DNA from: a virus
IMG/VR virus record: IMGVR_UViG_3300035689_000004
Coordinates: 28,547-92,546 of that record
Length of the DNA stretch: 64,000 nucleotides
Reading direction: 5' to 3' (one strand)
The notes under the pieces: generated by a model
Database searches by the model: none
Told to the model about the DNA's origin: nothing
What the model saw: only the letters and a program-made list of their open reading frames with translations
In this document: positions 28,901 to 38,700 of the stretch, piece after piece
Layout: each line of letters opens with the position of its first letter
Position numbering within the stretch: position 1 is the first letter of the stretch
Translations under genes and position numbers: made by a program

Positions 28901-30955
28901 CAAACGATGGTCCACGTGGATCGCCTAGCCGCCGCCAGCCTGCCGCCGGAAGAGCGGGAGGAATTTCTATCATTCCTTAGGGCTCAGGCGCAAAAGGATA
29001 TTGCCGCCGCGATGGAGCGCGACGAGCGAGGGCGGTTTGTAGACCAGACCGAGGGCTGGATAGACCGCTATGAAGAACTGAAAGGTCAGAAACGGCAAGC
29101 CGAACTACTGACCACCGAATCCACCTACCAAGGCAACGCCAGCCAATGGCAACGCACCACCCTAGGCACCCAGGCGGAGCAGGACTTAAATGATGCCCTC
29201 CAAAGCGTCCTACCGGGCTTCGAGCAGGTTAACTCAGCGGTGAATATCTACCCCGAGGTACGCTGGAATGGTGGCTTTGTCGCCCACCAGCGCGGGCTAA
29301 AGCTGCTAGAGAGCCAGAAGAAGATCGGCATGCACTATAGTGCCGGTTCTGGAAAGACATCAGGGATGCTCGGTGCTTTCACTCACCTGCACAGTCAGGG
29401 TAAAGTCACCCGTACCCTGGTAGCGGTGCCCTCCGGCATTCTGGGGCAGGCGGTGGGGGAATGTGCCACTTTCCTAGAGCCCGGGCAGTATAGCTACTCC
29501 GCCAACATTGGCTGGGACCGGGAGAAGCGCTTAGAGGCACTGCGTAACCCCGATATGCACCTCCACTTTACCACCCGGGAATCCCTCGCTAGCGACCTAT
29601 TGCACCTGGTGGAAAAACACACCGGCATCGGGGCGGAGGACTTTCAAAATACCGACGCCCGCAGTGAGGACGATCGCCGATCGCTTCTCCTAACCGCCCT
29701 GCAGCAGGAAGGCGTTGACCCTAGCAGCCTGCTATTCAGTGTGGACGAAGCCCACGACCTATCCCGCCGCCAAGGTGTATCACCGTCCCGCCGATCGCTG
29801 GTGCTTGATGCCCTAGCCCACCATAGCGCCTACCATATCAATGCCACCGGCACTCCCCTAAAGAATGATGCCTCCGAGATTGCCGACTTCCTGCAAAAGG
29901 TAGGGGCACCTGAGGTAAAGGATGTCAGCGCTTTTATGGCCCGCTATGGCAAAAATACCCAGGCTAGCCGCCGTAGCTTGCAACGATTGGTGGCTAAGTA
30001 CGCTTACGCGATCGCCGTCAAACCCACCACCAAGGATGGACAGGAATTATCCATGCGGATGGAGCAGCCCAAGGTAGCCCTATCTGACCACCAAAAAACC
30101 CAGCGGGCGGAACTACTGAAGCACTACGATACCCTGCAAGCCTGGCGGGAGCAGGAACTGCCCAAGGTAATGGCCGCTAAGCGGGAGCGGGGTGATAACT
30201 CGCCCCTCAATGCCAAAGACCTTGCCCATGCCTGGGAGGATGAGGGCGTCCGAAATGCGATCGCCGCCCTGTCGCCTGAGTCCTACGGCAAACTGGACGA
30301 GGCCACCAAGCAAGCCAAAGCAGGCGGGCAATTGCTAGGGGCATCCGCGCTTAAATATGCCGCCCTATCGCGGCTCTACCACCAGACTGACTATGCCAAC
30401 AACGGCAAGGCGCAGCACGTCGTTAAAATGGCCGCCCAAGCTAAGGCGGACGGTAAGCCCATGGTGATCTTTGCCGCCTCCGCCCAGGCCGCCCAGATGT
30501 TGCGGGACCAGCTTGCCAAGGAGGGGCACCGGGTTGGCTATATCGACGGCACCCTGGGGCCAGCGGAGAAAGACAAAGAACGCCTACGGTTCTCCCCCGT
30601 CGCCGGCGAGGACGCTGAAACCGACATTCTAGTGGCCACCGACGCCGCCCAGACTGGCCTTAACCTGCAACGGGGTAAGCTACTAGTCCACTACGATATT
30701 CCCCTCACCCAAAAGGCGTGGGACCAGCGCTCAGCCCGCATCTACCGCCGTGGCCAGACCGAAGATGTGGACGTTCACACCCTGGTCGCTGATGCCCCGG
30801 AGGATGCGATCGCCCTAGCTCGAATGCAACGCAAAGGTTCCGACAGCGAACTATTCCAGGGCGCTGATGCCACCCAGGGCCATGCTGAACTGTTGGACGA
30901 TACTGGACTAGCCGCCGCGATCGCGGAGTTTATGGCAGAGGATGACCCAGGCTAG
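25907..30955 (+). CDS. Giant polyvalent protein with C-terminal SF2 (SNF2-like) helicase
   Basis: AGSGKT, VDEAH, ATGTP, TGLNLQ, QRSARIYRRGQ; N-terminal ERWITLHPN domain and RDERGRF motif. Confidence 0.85.
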   Translation: MRTLTPKSKPTPLRPKGVFELEIQPGDRLYFVGNDCELYRGEQCLGRYGYHWEDDLAKAVQRTQLALVEGEEKPVKGPNVTSMKPEAKAPKAPKAPPKPEEQPQTGERWITLHPNKENPDSYVRVKIRQHPDGTASVIAGAKGKLNQLRLTKLRSPEEWKERAAERKQKRQEKEAKRRAELSEGDRQAEDDETTQAREYHRGERHRNAKATLDAYQEAGLDHGLTPDHLAALDTPAGADTDPEEAKQVEALAREAVQKAAAIQKAYEQRLVQDHDARAAAKLGDESLEGLGNPLQQDIDHTAYGADGDAISNLIQLPNGQWLVTADDKADATFDTWQEAAKYHLGNVNEYDGTAGDRSQPDDFYNPKLWVANPDGVDFSPQLAGQMAALALQRKEIDRSDKAAGKAIKKKMPWKREQGFDIGGVSGIDDQAAIAQLDQDAKTIEDAITHGKLLDMAGLLDPQAMAKHLQTGGIAQLGEIASDVLKVAQVDPAIIAQMGHDEAAKLIAYQIRQAVGDREYQAIAAAQAAHHGQWSTEYANQVIAENQPRLDALRDIHRRMQEIEAAKDGDYTANQLIELDTLSYQSETLQASLQQSIGTALGQLQASAAMTLALESKPRSLRFAVKGSHGEVADVPGLLSTDGSPSIWSSYGLTAEDFSLEDGPDGQLVSIQPSGMEKLASATYNPEDRDAYEEAIAIKRGAYDEDGFTPAGFAYRPESTFTDVRAEAQQFDTTFNYQPEMDDAEVLQAVKAYLGARVANGEDPASVRNDLFSHQLYFNLGLLEHADRIKGLLLKFEKEKYGDKVYPGAKQIRNDYQEIANEEAARLRGTQAVESPEVLHSQNLDADSAKEAAHRTLAAMPMARAALKPLDQLSSKERKYLRDYAIAEVMNETLEAPARSTQPAAQEEAPEMGALFDLSAFGSPEEESNDPDDRPISLFEDENDDRPFESLTQWQKFCRIVGGEHKAYEALQDRIKGNFYSRFAGAYSSLQGKPLKTGLQTMVHVDRLAAASLPPEEREEFLSFLRAQAQKDIAAAMERDERGRFVDQTEGWIDRYEELKGQKRQAELLTTESTYQGNASQWQRTTLGTQAEQDLNDALQSVLPGFEQVNSAVNIYPEVRWNGGFVAHQRGLKLLESQKKIGMHYSAGSGKTSGMLGAFTHLHSQGKVTRTLVAVPSGILGQAVGECATFLEPGQYSYSANIGWDREKRLEALRNPDMHLHFTTRESLASDLLHLVEKHTGIGAEDFQNTDARSEDDRRSLLLTALQQEGVDPSSLLFSVDEAHDLSRRQGVSPSRRSLVLDALAHHSAYHINATGTPLKNDASEIADFLQKVGAPEVKDVSAFMARYGKNTQASRRSLQRLVAKYAYAIAVKPTTKDGQELSMRMEQPKVALSDHQKTQRAELLKHYDTLQAWREQELPKVMAAKRERGDNSPLNAKDLAHAWEDEGVRNAIAALSPESYGKLDEATKQAKAGGQLLGASALKYAALSRLYHQTDYANNGKAQHVVKMAAQAKADGKPMVIFAASAQAAQMLRDQLAKEGHRVGYIDGTLGPAEKDKERLRFSPVAGEDAETDILVATDAAQTGLNLQRGKLLVHYDIPLTQKAWDQRSARIYRRGQTEDVDVHTLVADAPEDAIALARMQRKGSDSELFQGADATQGHAELLDDTGLAAAIAEFMAEDDPG

Positions 30956-30996
30956 CAGAGCATATATACTAAAGGGGTCGTGTTAGGGATACCCCG

Positions 30997-31134
30997 ATGA
31001 GTGTTGAGCAAATCATTATCGAACTAGAAGATATTGCCGCTGTCCTGCGCAGCGATGCCGCTGTTGACCAGGAGGCGATCGTGGCCCGAGCGGAGCGGGT
31101 AAGAGATGAAATACTGGCGGCAAGCCAGGAGTAG
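30997..31134 (+). CDS. 45-aa acidic peptide (not in track)
   Basis: MSVEQIIIELEDIAAVLRSDAAVDQEAIVARAERVRDEILAASQE, followed by a terminator. Confidence 0.45.
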   Translation: MSVEQIIIELEDIAAVLRSDAAVDQEAIVARAERVRDEILAASQE

Positions 31135-31151
31135 TTTAACGTTAGGTTTTG

Positions 31152-31182
31152 GCAGACCCCCGACGATCGTCGGGGGTTTTGC
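31152..31182 (+). terminator. Intrinsic terminator
   Basis: ACCCCCGACGATCGTCGGGGGT palindrome followed by a T-rich tail. Confidence 0.7.
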
Positions 31183-31192
31183 TTTGGGTGGC

Positions 31193-31210
31193 TATTGCAA
31201 ATATGCAATA
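31193..31210. promoter_or_regulatory. Palindromic operator TATTGCA-N4-TGCAATA (family B, best copy)
   Basis: Perfect arms; related copies at 3250, 16764-16805, 42178, 47586-47622. Confidence 0.65.
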
Positions 31211-31279
31211 AAAACGCTATTATGCTTTGACATGGTGCAAAAGTACTAATGCCAGACTTTAAGTTTAGAGATAAAAGCG

Positions 31280-31522
31280 ATGCAAGCTTATTTAATTTAC
31301 GCTTTGATTAATCGACGCTTTCTGCTTCCTAAGCACGTCGCTGCTGTTGTGACAGCGACTACCACTAAAGAGGCGGCTGCCTTCTTCAAGGCAAAAGTGG
31401 CTGACGAACACAAAGTCAAAATTGAGTCTATTCGGATTCAGAAGATTTTGACCAAAGAGGGCATGACGCCCGAACAGTTAATCCAAGCTTGGGATGCCGC
31501 AGCTTATGAGGCTAGGCCTTAA
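31280..31522 (+). CDS. Hypothetical protein
   Basis: ORF track. Confidence 0.55.
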   Translation: MQAYLIYALINRRFLLPKHVAAVVTATTTKEAAAFFKAKVADEHKVKIESIRIQKILTKEGMTPEQLIQAWDAAAYEARP

Positions 31523-31633
31523 CAATTCAACTTTAGGGGTTACTTATCCATAGGCACCTTTGGCATTTCTCCGTAGTAAAAACGCTATAGACGTGCTAAA
31601 AATACACTTGTGTTTTATTTTTGCTACACGCCC

Positions 31634-32746
31634 ATGCCTGGCATTCGCACCCTATACCCCCGTGGCAGTAAAGAAGACGGTTTAGGCGTATTCCTAGCCA
31701 AGATGGGCAGACACAAGCTTCTCACCCCTGCCCAAGAGATAGAGCTAGGGCGACAGGTGCAGGAGGGGCTATGGGCCGCGGCAACGGTCCTGGACGATCG
31801 CGATCGCCGTCAGCCACTACAGGAAGATTTCGAGCGCCAGCACCGTAGCGAGCACGGTGAATTACCAACTCAGGTGGAAATTGACGCTTACTTTGACGAG
31901 GCACGGCAGCGGTTGATTGATACCTACCGCCAGGGCCACCCGGAGGCGACAGAGGCGGAGATGCGCCGACACTTTGAACGGGTAGCCCGGCAGGGCAAGA
32001 AAGCTTGCGACCAGATGGTAATCCGCAACCTGCGCCTAGTAGTGAGTGTGGCCCACAAATATTCCAAGCACGGGCTAGAGCTAGGCGACTTGATCCAGGA
32101 GGGCGTTGTTGGCCTAGTGCGAGGGGTAGAAAAATTTGACCCGGCGAAGGGTTATAAATTTTCGACCTATGCCTACTGGTGGATTCGTCAGGCGATCACC
32201 CGGGCCATCAGCAACAAAGCCAAGTCGATCCGCCTACCGATCCATGTTGTGGACGTACTCAACAAGGTGCGCCGCTATGGCCATGTTTTTCGGGCTCAGC
32301 ACGGACGCTACCCAAGCGATCGCGAAGTGGCCGAGCATTTCTCCTCCCGCAATGGCGTTTCTGCCGATGAATGGCTACGACGCTTGCAACGGTTCAAGGC
32401 GATGAATATCGCGCCGACCAGCCTGGACCACGTGGTAGATAACGGCGATCGCGCTAAAAGCACAATCCACGACCTTGTAGGGGGTATTGATGATAGCTCT
32501 ATCAGTTTGTTTGGAGATCAGGTTATCGAGGAATTGGGCGCCGCTGTGGTGGGCTTGCCGACCAGGGAGCGGCAGGTGGTGGAACTAAAGTACGGGCTAC
32601 TCAGCGGTACGCCTAAATCCCTCAGCGAAGTGGCTAGGGAGATGGATGCACCCCTGGCGACGGTACGAACGATCCACGTCAGGGCATTACGGCGATTGTC
32701 TAGGGAGCGGCGGGGCTTGCGATCGCTGCTCGAAGGACTAGATTGA
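31634..32746 (+). CDS. Phage-encoded RpoD-family (group 1/2-like) sigma-70 factor
   Basis: [11 protein letters not shown] (1.2), [44 protein letters not shown] (region 2), [12 protein letters not shown] (region 4); start uncertain (31610 or 31634). Confidence 0.92.
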   Translation: MPGIRTLYPRGSKEDGLGVFLAKMGRHKLLTPAQEIELGRQVQEGLWAAATVLDDRDRRQPLQEDFERQHRSEHGELPTQVEIDAYFDEARQRLIDTYRQGHPEATEAEMRRHFERVARQGKKACDQMVIRNLRLVVSVAHKYSKHGLELGDLIQEGVVGLVRGVEKFDPAKGYKFSTYAYWWIRQAITRAISNKAKSIRLPIHVVDVLNKVRRYGHVFRAQHGRYPSDREVAEHFSSRNGVSADEWLRRLQRFKAMNIAPTSLDHVVDNGDRAKSTIHDLVGGIDDSSISLFGDQVIEELGAAVVGLPTRERQVVELKYGLLSGTPKSLSEVAREMDAPLATVRTIHVRALRRLSRERRGLRSLLEGLD

Positions 32747-32787
32747 ACCCCGATACAATAGGGGGTAAATTACCCCTCTCTTACCCC

Positions 32788-35700
32788 ATGGCCATCAATA
32801 CCCTGCGCCCGCTGCGCCCCCGGCGGGCTATTTTATTGCGCAAAGACGCCCAGTTTGACTTGTTTGGCGGACAGGCAGAAGTAAAGCCGACAGCGGCGGC
32901 CAAGCGCCGGGAGCGAATTGCAGCAGGCTGGGGGGCTAAACCTAAAACCCAGCTAGGGCTATTTGGGCAGGATGACGATGTACCTGCCACCAAAGGCAAG
33001 GTAAAACCTAAGGCGCCTAAGGCACCCGTCGCGCCCAAGGTGCCAGAGGTAAAAGCGCCAGAGGTAAAAGCACCTGCTACACCTAAGGCGCCGTCTATGG
33101 CAGCAAAGGGACCCAAGGAGGGCGACACTCGCATTAACCGGGCAGGCAATCAGGAAGTATTGCGGGCAGGACGATGGCGGCTAGCCAGCAACCCTAAGGT
33201 AGTGGCTAAGGATAAGGGTAGTGCCGCGATCGTCCCGGTGGTTCAGGAGATTAAGGAGGAGAAGCCGGTAGAGAAACCAGCGGCAGCACCGGCGAAGGTA
33301 GAAGAGGTTAAGCCTGAACCCGTTGAGGTGCAGCAAGAGGTGAAGCCCGCCGAGCCAACTCCCGCGATCGCCGAGGAGAAACCTAGTCAGCAAGGATTGC
33401 CCCGGGCAACCATCCACCATGAGCGGCTTAATCGTTTCAAAAATCTTGCCAATAACGCTAGTGCGCTTCCCCCGGGTTCTAATAAAGAATCCATGAGAGC
33501 CGCTTTCCGGAAACTTTCTGGGGCGGTAAAAGATGAAGACAAAGTAGTACAAAGATGGCTGCGCGACTGGGAGAAGGAAGGGCTATCGCCTGATGAGGCG
33601 ATGCAAAGAGCTTATCGGTATGGTCAAGGGTTAGATCCCGTTCAGTCAGCGGAAGCACCAGCAACACCCACCACGCCGGAGCAACCTGCCGCTGAGCCAA
33701 CCCCGGCGATCGCGGTTGATGCTGACTTTGCTTCCACCAAGCAACAGAAGCAGCGCATCAAGATTAACCAGGATGTAGAGGCTCTGCTTAGCCAGAAGCC
33801 GGACGGACCTTATACCAAGGATGAATTAATCCTGCTTGCCAAGTATTCTGGCAAGGGCGGCATCACTGAAGATGACGGCAGCCTAAGCGAGTACTACACC
33901 CGTCCTGACGTTGCCAAGCACCTGACCGATATTCTCTACCAGCATGGATTTAAGGGCGGTGCCGTCCTAGAACCTAGCTGCGGTAATGGCGTATTTTTGC
34001 ATCAGTTCAAAGACGATCCCAACGTGTTGCCGGTAGGGGTGGAGCTAAGTGAAACCAGCGGCAAGGCGGCGGCAGCCCTGAACCCACACGCCGAAGTGAC
34101 AGCCGGGGCATCCTTTGAACGGTTCTGCCTAGACAATCCAGACTTTAGCCCTGATGCTGTAATCGGCAATGTTCCCTTTGGCACCCGCACCGTAGGCGGC
34201 GACCTAGAGGCATTTCGCAAGGTAGGGAAAGGATGGAAGGACAATGGCGACTTTTTCGTTCATGAAAGCCTATCCAGGCTGAAGCCAAGCGGCATCATGG
34301 CATTGATCGTGCCCCATGGCATCACCACCGGCAGCACCCATCAACGCCTGCGGGAGGAGTTGATGAAGCAAGGGCGGGTGATTGGCGTTCATCGTCTCCC
34401 TAATACCGCCTTTGCCCATACCAACACCAAGACTATTACCGATGTGCTGGTAATTCAAAAACATCCTGACGTCATCCTTAACGCGATCGCTGACGGGCAG
34501 AGTGATGTTATCGCCAAAACCCGAGACGATGCCTTTATCCATGGCAAATACTTTGAGGCTCACCCCGAACATGTCCTAGGCGAATACCAGGAGACCAGTA
34601 ACCAGTTTGGCGGTAAGTCATTTACCATCAACGGCAAGATCGAAGACGCGCTTGCCAGCGCCCAAGGGTTTACGCCAGACGTGAGCTATGACGGGCTACA
34701 AACAGATGGGGCGGAGGAGCGATCGCCGCAAAAGGGCGACACCCGTTATATCAATGGCAGACTGTACCGGCTAGAGGGTAACCCAGCCCGTTGGCACCTT
34801 GTCGAGCAATCTGAACCGGTTGCCGAGGAAGTGGACGCCTCCGGCTATGGTGCTGAGTCGATGGCAGATGCAGAGGCGCAGCTATTGGATGCGGGGCGAC
34901 GGGTCCTAATCCACCCAGATAACTTACAGGCATACCGAAACCTTGCCCACCAACACCTACCCAAGGCGGAGGCGATGGCGTTTGATGCCGCGATCGCGGC
35001 GAGTAATGCAGCAGGTTCTAGCATCGACAGGGAAAAGCTTGCCCACGCCATGCTGCTAGCAGACCACATTGAAAGGCTGCAGAAGGGCGATGCGGACCCG
35101 ATGCAGGTAGAGAAAGCGCTTAACATGCTGCAGGGCTACAGAGAGGCGCACGGCAACCCCTCGACCGACAAAACATTGATTGGGCTGTCTAGCCAATTCC
35201 CTGCGCTGTTGCGGCTACAGGGATGTTTTGACGAGAACGACAAGATCAGTGATTACTTCACCGACCATGACAAAGTTACCGCCCAGGTAAAGCGAACCCA
35301 TAGTGAAGCGGGCGCCGCTATGGCAGAAGCCTATCGCGCCGCCGGGGGCGAAGCGGTTGACCTGGACATGATCCGAGCTCAGTTAGATACAACGATGACT
35401 GATGCGGACCTAGAGGCAACCCTGGTTGCTGATCCAACGGTTGGCTATATCAATGGCGCCTACATGCCGATGGATCGGCTGCTGACCGGCAATGGCTTCA
35501 ACCTTGTTGATGCCATGCTGATGGAGGCAGAAGGGTTGCCAGAGGGTGCCGCCGCCCGGCGCAAACTTGAGGAGCAGATCGGCATCATTCGCTCCAGGCT
35601 AGAGCCAAGGCAGATGGAGGACATTACTACTCCATTCTGGGCCGTTGGCAGCTGGATACCTGTAGACGCGATTAATGCCTTTTTGACAGACCGCGACTAT

Positions 35701-38700
35701 GGTTCTTACTCCCAAGGGCAACGCGAACCTGTCAAAATCTACCGCGGGGCTGATGGTAAATGGCGGGTATCAGGCTATGCCTACGGCGTAGTAGAAGATG
35801 TCATCACCTCAATGAACCGGGGCAGGATTTCCCATGGCAAAAATACCCAAGAGGCAAAGGAAGCCGTCCAGGCGTTAGAGAAAGACTTTGCCCAGTGGAT
35901 TGCTGGCTCTGACTATCGCGTTCAGGTAGAGGAAGCCTATAACCTTGCCTTTAACTCTGACCTGCCCGAGCAGTTTAGTGGTGACCCGCTTGACATTAGC
36001 CTGTTTGAGCAATACGACGCAGACGAGGCGACCGGCAAGCGCAAAAAACGCCTGCACGACTACCAAACATCGACGATCCGGCAAATGGCCGCCCAGGGGA
36101 GAGGCATCATTGCCCTAGGGGTTGGACTTGGCAAGACAGCGACCAGTATCGGGCTAGCCTTGCACCTAAAAGAATCTGGCAGAGCCAAAAAGCCTACCTT
36201 TGTTGTACCCAAATCCGTCCTATCGAACTGGGTGAGGGAGGTAGGCTTCTGGGCACCTCAGGCGAATGTAATGATCCTGGGCCAGACCCAACGCTACTGG
36301 GCAGACGACACGCCCATGTGGGAGGTGCCAGGCTTTAAGATCGACGTTGCCAAGGGCGTACCAAAGCGCGATAAGGACGGCAACTATATTCTGTACCGTC
36401 AGATCGGGGAGCGTGACGTTACGACAAAAGGTAAAGACGGCAAAACCATAACCAAAAAGGAAAAGGTTTATGCCGATCAACCTATTTTGATGAGCGAAAA
36501 GGAATACCTCAAGGCAGGTAACCTTGTCTTTTCAGATGACGATGCCGCAACAAAACGGCTCAAACTACGCCAGTTGTCTCAAAACAACTATGACATGGTG
36601 CTGATGACGGAGCCTACCTTCCAGGCGCTTAGCTTGCACCCTGACAAAGAAACTGAGTACCTAGAGGACATCACCCAAGACGCGATCGGTCACCTGTCAG
36701 ACTCCAGCAAAGACACCCATAAGATGCTCGAAAAGATCGAGAAACGGCGGGTTAGCTTGGCCGCCAGGACTGATGACAATATCGAAGAGACGATCACCTT
36801 TGAGGAGCTAGGCATTGACGCGCTATTCCATGACGAGGCGCACCACCTTAAAAACCTGTACGGATCAAAGCGCAACCAAAGCTTAGCGTTTATGAGTCAG
36901 GCAGAGTCCAACCGATCGCTAGACTTTTACTACAAAGCCCGGTACATCCGGGAGAAAAACAACAACCAGAATGTTTACTTGCTTACCGCTACCCCTACCA
37001 CCAACAACCCGCTAGAGGCGTTTAACATGCTGCAACATGTTTGCCCGGAGGAGCTTGAAAAACGAGGCATCCAAAATATTGATGACTTCCTCGGCATGTT
37101 TGGCGATATGCAATCAGTTGAGGCGCCTGGCGTTGATGGCGAGATCAAGGAGAAATACGGGCTAGTTGGGTTCAAGAACCTTAAAGACCTGCGCCACCTG
37201 TTTAACAAGTATTGCCGGATGCAATCGGCTAAAGACGTTGGGCTTCCTATCCCTGAAGAAGCCACCCAGCATCACTATGTCAGTATGAGCCCGGCGCAAA
37301 AAGAACTTTACAACGATCTAAGGCGCCGCGCCCGTAATGCCGGTTCTGACAAAGGACCTCAGGACCACCTATTCTCAGTCATCAGCGACATGGATAAGGC
37401 GGTGATTGACCTTGCCTACTACAACGAAAGCGGTAGCGGCAAGTCTCCCCAGGTAGACATTCCAGAGGGTGAAAAGCCGCCTAAGGTTCAAGCTTGTATT
37501 GAGCAGGTGATGAGTAGCCGCAATGCCAACCAGGGCAAGCAGATCGTATTCTGTGACTCCGTGCAAATGCACCAACGCATCAAGCAACAGTTGGTCGAAG
37601 CTGGTTATCCCGAAGACCAGATCGCGATCGTCAATGCGGATGTTGCTAAAAATAGCCCAGACCGTCAGAAAATCAGCAATGCTTACAACGAAGGACGGAT
37701 TACCCTTGTCATTGGCAACACCGCCACCATGGGGGAAGGGATGAACTTTCAAATTGGCACCACTGACATTCACCACCTCACTACCCCATGGACCCCTGCT
37801 GCAATTGAACAGCGTAACGGACGGGGTGTTCGTCAAGGTAACGTACTAGACAATGTGGGCTGCCATTACTACCACGCCAAGGGCAGCTTTGACCAATATC
37901 GGCAACAAACCCTTGAGCGCAAGCGCGGTTGGATTGATGACCTATGGAAAGGGTCTGAGGATACCGCCTCCAACCAAGATACCGGGCTTCTCAATGCTGA
38001 CGAGATGGACATCATGCTGGCAGACGACCCAGAGGCGGCCCGGGCGGCGGCAGAGGCAAATCAAGAGCTTGCCCTTGACCGCCATCGCAAGAAGATGACC
38101 ACCGCCGCCCTGCGTGATTTTGCCCAGTTGCAGAACATGAGGCTGGTTGTCTCCAAGATGACCCCGGAGGCGCGCTCTAGGGAGCGTGGACGAGCGCTAG
38201 AGGCGCGACTAAGGCAGGTGACAGAAGCACTATCCAGGAATGAATACTTCCCCCACAAGCACCTGCTAGACGGCACTACGCCCGCTTATATCGGCTCTGA
38301 TGGCACCGTCTTGCAGGAGGGCGATCATGTTCGTCAGGATGATGGCAGCATTTATCAGATCACCAAGATAGACAATGCCAAGAGCAAATTTATCACCCAG
38401 ATGGTCAGCGGTCCTGACTACAGTCCATCCCGGCTATCGGAGAAGGGTGAAACCTTTGACTTTAAGCACGTCAATAGCACCAAGTCTCGCTCAGCGATCG
38501 CGCCAACGTCCTTTAACGAAAGGGTCCACGCGGACCGGGTGATTGATAGCCTATCTGCCTATGGTGCCTTTGAAACGATCGCTAGCCTATCGCCGGACGC
38601 GATCAACGAAAACCGGGGGCGAATCATGGACAAGCTTAAGAACGACTTGCCCTCCGCCTCCATGCCCTACCTGGACCCGGAGACCGATAAGCTCGTTCTA

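Noticed and set aside
36280-36560. Intein in the DarB-like helicase insertion
   Set aside because: No C/S start with HN-[CST] end and no LAGLIDADG motif recognised
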